Shown in pieces: positions 59,625-64,000 of a stretch of 64,000 nt of DNA. A program made the translations under genes and the position numbers. Origin of the DNA: a virus; IMG/VR virus record IMGVR_UViG_3300016471_000863; one strand, written 5' to 3'. The number at the start of each line of letters is the position of its first letter. The stretch's first letter is position 1. Under the pieces are notes generated by a model. The model did not search any database. It was given only the letters and a program-made list of their open reading frames with translations, and was not told the origin of the DNA.

Positions 59625-61375
59625 AAATTTATCAATTGATTTTTGATAAGAGTTTGATAGTAATTGCAGGTTTTGAGAAGGTTATTATGATTATCGGCGG
59701 CTAATAATTTACCATCTTTCATAACAAAGATACGATCACAATCTTTGACTGTAGAAAGTCTATGTGCGATAATAATAGCAGTTTTTCCATTGCAGGAACG
59801 ATCTATGGCTTCCTGCACTTCGCTTTCGCTGATAATGTCAAGAGCAGAGGTAGCTTCATCGAAGATAAGAATTTGAGGTTTTTTTGCCAACGCTCTTGCA
59901 ATACCCACTCTTTGTTTTTCACCGCCTGATAGTTTACAGCCCCCTTCTCCAATCGTCGTATCCCAGCCTTTTTCTAACTTAGAATAAAATTTGTATACGC
60001 CGCTTGATTTGGCAATATCGGCTAACTCTTCATCTGTTAGTAATCTATTCAAACCAAATGATATATTCTCTCTAATCGTTTTATCAAATAAGATTACTTC
60101 TTGTTCTACAGAGCCAACTTGCTTCAATAAACCTTGGATATCAATATCTTTAAGGTTGTTTCCATTAATGAATATATCGCCGCCTTGTGGATCAAAGGCT
60201 CGGCGTATAAGATTAGCTATTGTAGATTTACCAGAACCACTCTCTCCTACGACTCCAATTTTTTCTCCATTCCTTATATGGAAGGATAAACCATTAAGTA
60301 ATGTCTTTGTTTCTGCTCCCTTCTCCCTGTTAGGATAATGGAAACTAACATTACGAAACTCTATGTCTCCTATAAGGTTATCTCGTATTGGATTATTTAA
60401 ATATTCTATATCAGATTTTTGTTGCAATAGATCAAAATATTTTTCAATATTAACCTTATCGGTAATAAACTGCTTTTGAGCATCAACCATTACCCAAACA
60501 CCTTCAATGAACTTGTCTGACCAGAAAAAGATAAGAAAGATTGAGCCGATACTAAGAATACCTGCATCAAGCATGAATATTGATGCAACAATAGAACTCC
60601 ATTTGATGAACTGAGCAATCAATCTGATAACGGTAATTTCATTTATTGCTCTATTCCATGTATTTTTATCGCTTTCAAACAAATTATTTTGAATATTGGA
60701 TAGTTCCCCAACTATTTTAGTTTCGGCAACTTCGTTTTTTATAAGGGCGGCATGACGATATATATCTGATTTAATCTTTGATGCTTTCTCTCTGATATCT
60801 CTGATATTCTTTACTTTTGGTTCTATGTTATTGTGAAACTTTTTAAGGAAGTATGCGAGAACAAATGCGCCACAGAAATAATACAGACCTATATACAGAT
60901 TAACAGTCATTAACATAACCATAGAAGCTAAAAAATTAGCAACAAATGGTGTTAGCCAATAGATTACCATTCCCAACTGACCTCTAATAGAACCAACTCC
61001 GGACATAACGATGTTTTGTTTTATTCCAGAGTGTTGATTAATATGTTGCCCGTTTGAGAATGTGAGGAACTTATTTATAGATTTGCTATCAAGAAAGTTT
61101 TCTAGTTTCGTTTCATATTCTGCTGTTTGAGCTTTATCTCTGACACTAACAATGAATATTCTGGTTATTATCCCAAGGATAGCCATAGCACACCAAAATA
61201 GGGCAGTATCCACATTAAAACCGGTTGTATCCAGATTTAGGATCCGACTAAGGAAATAGGTATTGGCAGCATCTATAGAGGCTATGATACTGGAAACCAT
61301 TAACAGTTTAGCGATAGTTTTATGAAATGGTTTTGTTGTTTCAAGAAATGAAAGTAATAAGATTTTATTTGTCAT
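59621..61375 (-). CDS. ABC exporter, fused TMD + NBD (MsbA/Sav1866-like half transporter)
   Basis: Several TM segments; IEFRNVSFHYP, GESGSGKS, LSGGEKQR, LIFDEATSALD, IAHRLST. Confidence 0.95.
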   Translation of the reverse strand: MTNKILLLSFLETTKPFHKTIAKLLMVSSIIASIDAANTYFLSRILNLDTTGFNVDTALFWCAMAILGIITRIFIVSVRDKAQTAEYETKLENFLDSKSINKFLTFSNGQHINQHSGIKQNIVMSGVGSIRGQLGMVIYWLTPFVANFLASMVMLMTVNLYIGLYYFCGAFVLAYFLKKFHNNIEPKVKNIRDIREKASKIKSDIYRHAALIKNEVAETKIVGELSNIQNNLFESDKNTWNRAINEITVIRLIAQFIKWSSIVASIFMLDAGILSIGSIFLIFFWSDKFIEGVWVMVDAQKQFITDKVNIEKYFDLLQQKSDIEYLNNPIRDNLIGDIEFRNVSFHYPNREKGAETKTLLNGLSFHIRNGEKIGVVGESGSGKSTIANLIRRAFDPQGGDIFINGNNLKDIDIQGLLKQVGSVEQEVILFDKTIRENISFGLNRLLTDEELADIAKSSGVYKFYSKLEKGWDTTIGEGGCKLSGGEKQRVGIARALAKKPQILIFDEATSALDIISESEVQEAIDRSCNGKTAIIIAHRLSTVKDCDRIFVMKDGKLLAADNHNNLLKTCNYYQTLIKNQLINL

Positions 61376-61387
61376 AATATTTTATGA

Positions 61388-62185
61388 TTATTTTATTTTT
61401 TCAAGCCAGTTATAAGTTTCTTCCTTCATTTCTTCGTAGGATTCGGCACAAAAAAGAACCGGTTGCATGTTTTCAGTATCATACGGAGTTTCAATAATGT
61501 CTTTAATGCAAAATTTTGCGTGAGTAACCTTGTTAATGTTTAATAATTCTCCGATTGAAGAAAGTAAACCAGCACCATAAGCTTTAATTGTATTCTTTTC
61601 TTTTATAAGTCCAAATTCTATTGTATACCAATAAAGTCTTTCAATTTTTTTCATATCCGCATCAGATGCTTTTAATGCCGCCCTACCAAAAGCGGCATTT
61701 AACTCACAATACTCTTTGGAAAAGAATGATACTACGTGACCCAATAATTCATGAATAATATCAGGTTCAGGAGTGTAATCTGGAGTGCTGTGATGGCGAA
61801 TATATTGCGTACAAAACATTCTATTATCAGCAAGAGCTGACATAAATTTACGTGAATCTATTAATCCTGAGACTGGACTGAGTTGATAGGCTGTACTGAT
61901 TTTTAGATTTTTGTTTATTTCCGATAATTGCGGGATATGATCGCTGGGCAAGGTGACAGCATTTAAGCAGGATAGATATGTAGAGTGAGCATACAATCGG
62001 TGAATTGGAGCCATGGTGCTTTGTATGTCACTCCACAATTGATGTTCTTGTGGGGTATAAATCACATCAGGAACAGGATTTGGATACACGTAGGAATTGG
62101 CTATATTTGCTATAATGTTTCGTCTTGCAATATATTCTGTGTCTGAAATTTTTCTTTTATTAATTAAATTCATAATTTGCACCAA
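61388..62185 (-). CDS. phhA: Phenylalanine 4-monooxygenase (aromatic amino-acid hydroxylase)
   Basis: CTQYIRHHSTPDYTPEPDIIHELLGHV (His ligands), LYWYTIEFGL (Glu ligand), YGAGLLSSIGEL. Confidence 0.95.
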   Translation of the reverse strand: MVQIMNLINKRKISDTEYIARRNIIANIANSYVYPNPVPDVIYTPQEHQLWSDIQSTMAPIHRLYAHSTYLSCLNAVTLPSDHIPQLSEINKNLKISTAYQLSPVSGLIDSRKFMSALADNRMFCTQYIRHHSTPDYTPEPDIIHELLGHVVSFFSKEYCELNAAFGRAALKASDADMKKIERLYWYTIEFGLIKEKNTIKAYGAGLLSSIGELLNINKVTHAKFCIKDIIETPYDTENMQPVLFCAESYEEMKEETYNWLEKIK

Positions 62186-62319
62186 ATATATATTATTTTA
62201 ATAAATTAATTTTGTTATATTTTATTTTAGAAAAATATAATATACTTATATTTGCCAATTTACGTATAGCACTTCGGTTATAATGAATTGTGTTTTAATA
62301 TCTAAGAGCAAAAGAAATT

Positions 62320-63939
62320 ATGGGTAAACTTATGGGAGCATCTAATAAAAATAAAGTAACCCCGGCAAAGGGATCGCCAAAAAGAACTGGGAGAAAAATA
62401 AGCCAACGTGTTTTATCAAACCAACAGAAAGTTGATTTGGTAAATGAAAAACCAAGCACAACTGTTACCAAAAGCAAACTCAAGCCCAGTCCAGTTGTTC
62501 CTCTTGTATATTCATTAGTAGCTTCTACCGGATCTGTGGATGAAGGTGGAAGCGTTACATTCTCATTTACAACAACAGCGGCTGATGGAACATTCTATTG
62601 GACAACCAGCGGTTCTGTTAACGCTGCTGACTTTAGTGACAACGCTATTAGCGGTTCTTTTGCAGTTACGTCAGGAACCGGTTCTATCGTTAGAACATTA
62701 GCAAGTGATGTTACTACTGAGGGCGCAGAAAACCTAATGATGCAAGTGAGAACCAATAGTTTCTCTGGTTCAATCGTTGCATCCAGCTCTTTTGTAACGG
62801 TTAATGATACATCTATAGCTGGAATATCTCCTGATTGGACGGTAGGAGCGAGCGGCGCAAGCTTTACGTCTCTTTCTGCTGCCCTTGCATCGCCAAGCGT
62901 TCAAAATGGAGACTATATCCGTGTTCTACCTGGAACATACACTCTATCCAGCATGTTAACCGTTAATAAAGAAGTTTACATTGGTGGAACTCCTGGAGTT
63001 AAGGGTGATGTTATCCTTCAAAGTGCAGGAACCAGTTCGGATCCAACAACTTTGATTACGGTTTCTGCAAACAATGTATTGCTTAAAGACCTCACTATCA
63101 AGCACAGAAAAACTTCAAATACGTCGGTAGAAGCTGCGGTTGTATTAACACGTAATCAGAGTGGTGTTAACGTGAGAGTTAATAACTTTATAATGGATAG
63201 TTGCCGTGTTGAACACGTAGAGTTTGGACTTGTCGTTCGTGGCAATGATTTCAAAGTTGCAAACAATCAAATTGCGTATGTTGGACCAAACAACAGCACT
63301 CGTCGCCATATAGGTCTATATGGAACTGGTGGCACATGCTTCTTCACAAATAATGCATTTGAAGATAGCACGGGAGGCGGTATAACTGGAAATACCAATA
63401 TCTTCTATCTCACAAGCACTACCGGACTTGTTGCATCTGAAAGATTTAACGGAACGCTTGTTGTAGATGGCTCTACGTGGGTAAGTTCTACCAGCAAGCT
63501 ACCAAATCAGTTCTTCAATCAGGACAACTGCCAGAGCGACAGCACGTTCAACCTTATGTTCAAGAACAACGTCATGAACGAGAAGAGTGTATTCGTCGTG
63601 CTGTACGGCTCGACGGCAAACTTCGGCAACGGATTTGGAGACATCACCTTCCAGAACAACACGCTTTCCAATCTTCATGGCGGTGCGCCAGCCGGAGGTA
63701 AGGGCATGTTGGCAATTGATGGTGCCGGTTCCAATGTCTCTTGGCGTTCAAGCAATCTAAATGTTCATATTGATGGAAATACTATCAACAATGCAACATA
63801 TAGAACAGACTTCGCTGCTGTAAGTGGTCCAAAGGTTGGTAGAAATGCAACAACAATTGCTTCGTTCTCTGTTAACGAGGATACAAGCATTCCAGCTACC
63901 CCATCTGCTCCATCAACACCAAATCTATTAGCTTCCTGA
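62320..63939 (+). CDS. Virion protein: one Calx-beta-like repeat plus right-handed beta-helix (tailspike/depolymerase-like)
   Basis: YSLVASTGSVDEGGSVTFSFTT...FYW repeat shared with 40054..46365; FTSLSAAL...GDYIRVLPGTY...NVLLKDLTI and parallel beta-helix Asn ladders. Confidence 0.8.
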   Translation: MGKLMGASNKNKVTPAKGSPKRTGRKISQRVLSNQQKVDLVNEKPSTTVTKSKLKPSPVVPLVYSLVASTGSVDEGGSVTFSFTTTAADGTFYWTTSGSVNAADFSDNAISGSFAVTSGTGSIVRTLASDVTTEGAENLMMQVRTNSFSGSIVASSSFVTVNDTSIAGISPDWTVGASGASFTSLSAALASPSVQNGDYIRVLPGTYTLSSMLTVNKEVYIGGTPGVKGDVILQSAGTSSDPTTLITVSANNVLLKDLTIKHRKTSNTSVEAAVVLTRNQSGVNVRVNNFIMDSCRVEHVEFGLVVRGNDFKVANNQIAYVGPNNSTRRHIGLYGTGGTCFFTNNAFEDSTGGGITGNTNIFYLTSTTGLVASERFNGTLVVDGSTWVSSTSKLPNQFFNQDNCQSDSTFNLMFKNNVMNEKSVFVVLYGSTANFGNGFGDITFQNNTLSNLHGGAPAGGKGMLAIDGAGSNVSWRSSNLNVHIDGNTINNATYRTDFAAVSGPKVGRNATTIASFSVNEDTSIPATPSAPSTPNLLAS

Positions 63940-63960
63940 TTCAATAATATCTAAATAACA

Positions 63961-64000
63961 ATAAAGCCTCCTGTTAAATCGGGAGGCTTTATCTTTTTTT
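63961..64000 (+). terminator. Intrinsic terminator
   Basis: ATAAAGCCTCC...GGAGGCTTTAT followed by CTTTTTTT. Confidence 0.9.

Noticed and set aside
63500-63740. DGR template/variable repeat (AAC-rich patch)
   Set aside because: No second near-identical copy differing at adenines and no reverse transcriptase in the window
1-64000. Stop-codon reassignment (seen in some large phages)
   Set aside because: Conserved genes are full length in the standard code, and TAG/TGA terminate genes at the expected ends (for example tube TAG, sheath TGA)
1-64000. CRISPR array, tRNA or rRNA genes
   Set aside because: No regularly spaced direct repeats or cloverleaf/T-loop signatures found by eye in the short intergenic regions; tRNAscan-SE was not run

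Overview
AT-rich (roughly 30-35% GC), gene-dense 64 kb segment of a large ('jumbo'-type) contractile-tailed dsDNA phage, read with the standard genetic code. It contains a neck/tail module (T4 gp14-like and gp15-like proteins, two tandem tail-sheath paralogs, a gp19-like tail tube, and a distant divergent tube paralog) and large repeat-rich virion adhesins. Replication and nucleic-acid genes include a DNA polymerase III alpha (DnaE) with an HNH intein and a +1 frame discontinuity in its PHP motif, a PIN-PhoH with two inteins (one Pro1 class-3-type), a DEDDh exonuclease, a YkuK RNase H-like protein, and Hc1-like, KTSC and BRCT proteins. There is also a putative holin/spanin cassette (implying a diderm host), free-standing homing-endonuclease genes, and host-like auxiliary genes (Fe/Mn SOD, cysteine synthase, UDP-glucose dehydrogenase, phenylalanine hydroxylase, ABC exporter, VanW, degenerate GroEL). 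The most striking unexplained pattern is that about 13 otherwise unrelated proteins, including the SOD, the exonuclease and a sigma-70 region-4-like protein, share a short amphipathic 'MKI-x3-L-x2-(L/I)I(K/R)E' module ending in (L/I)-x-E sites, and most of their genes or operons have a TANTTA motif upstream. My inference is a portable capsid-targeting and prohead-protease processing system that loads enzymes, basic peptides and membrane-active peptides into the virion. No tRNA, rRNA or CRISPR array was seen. All family calls come from motif recognition by eye; no database searches were run.
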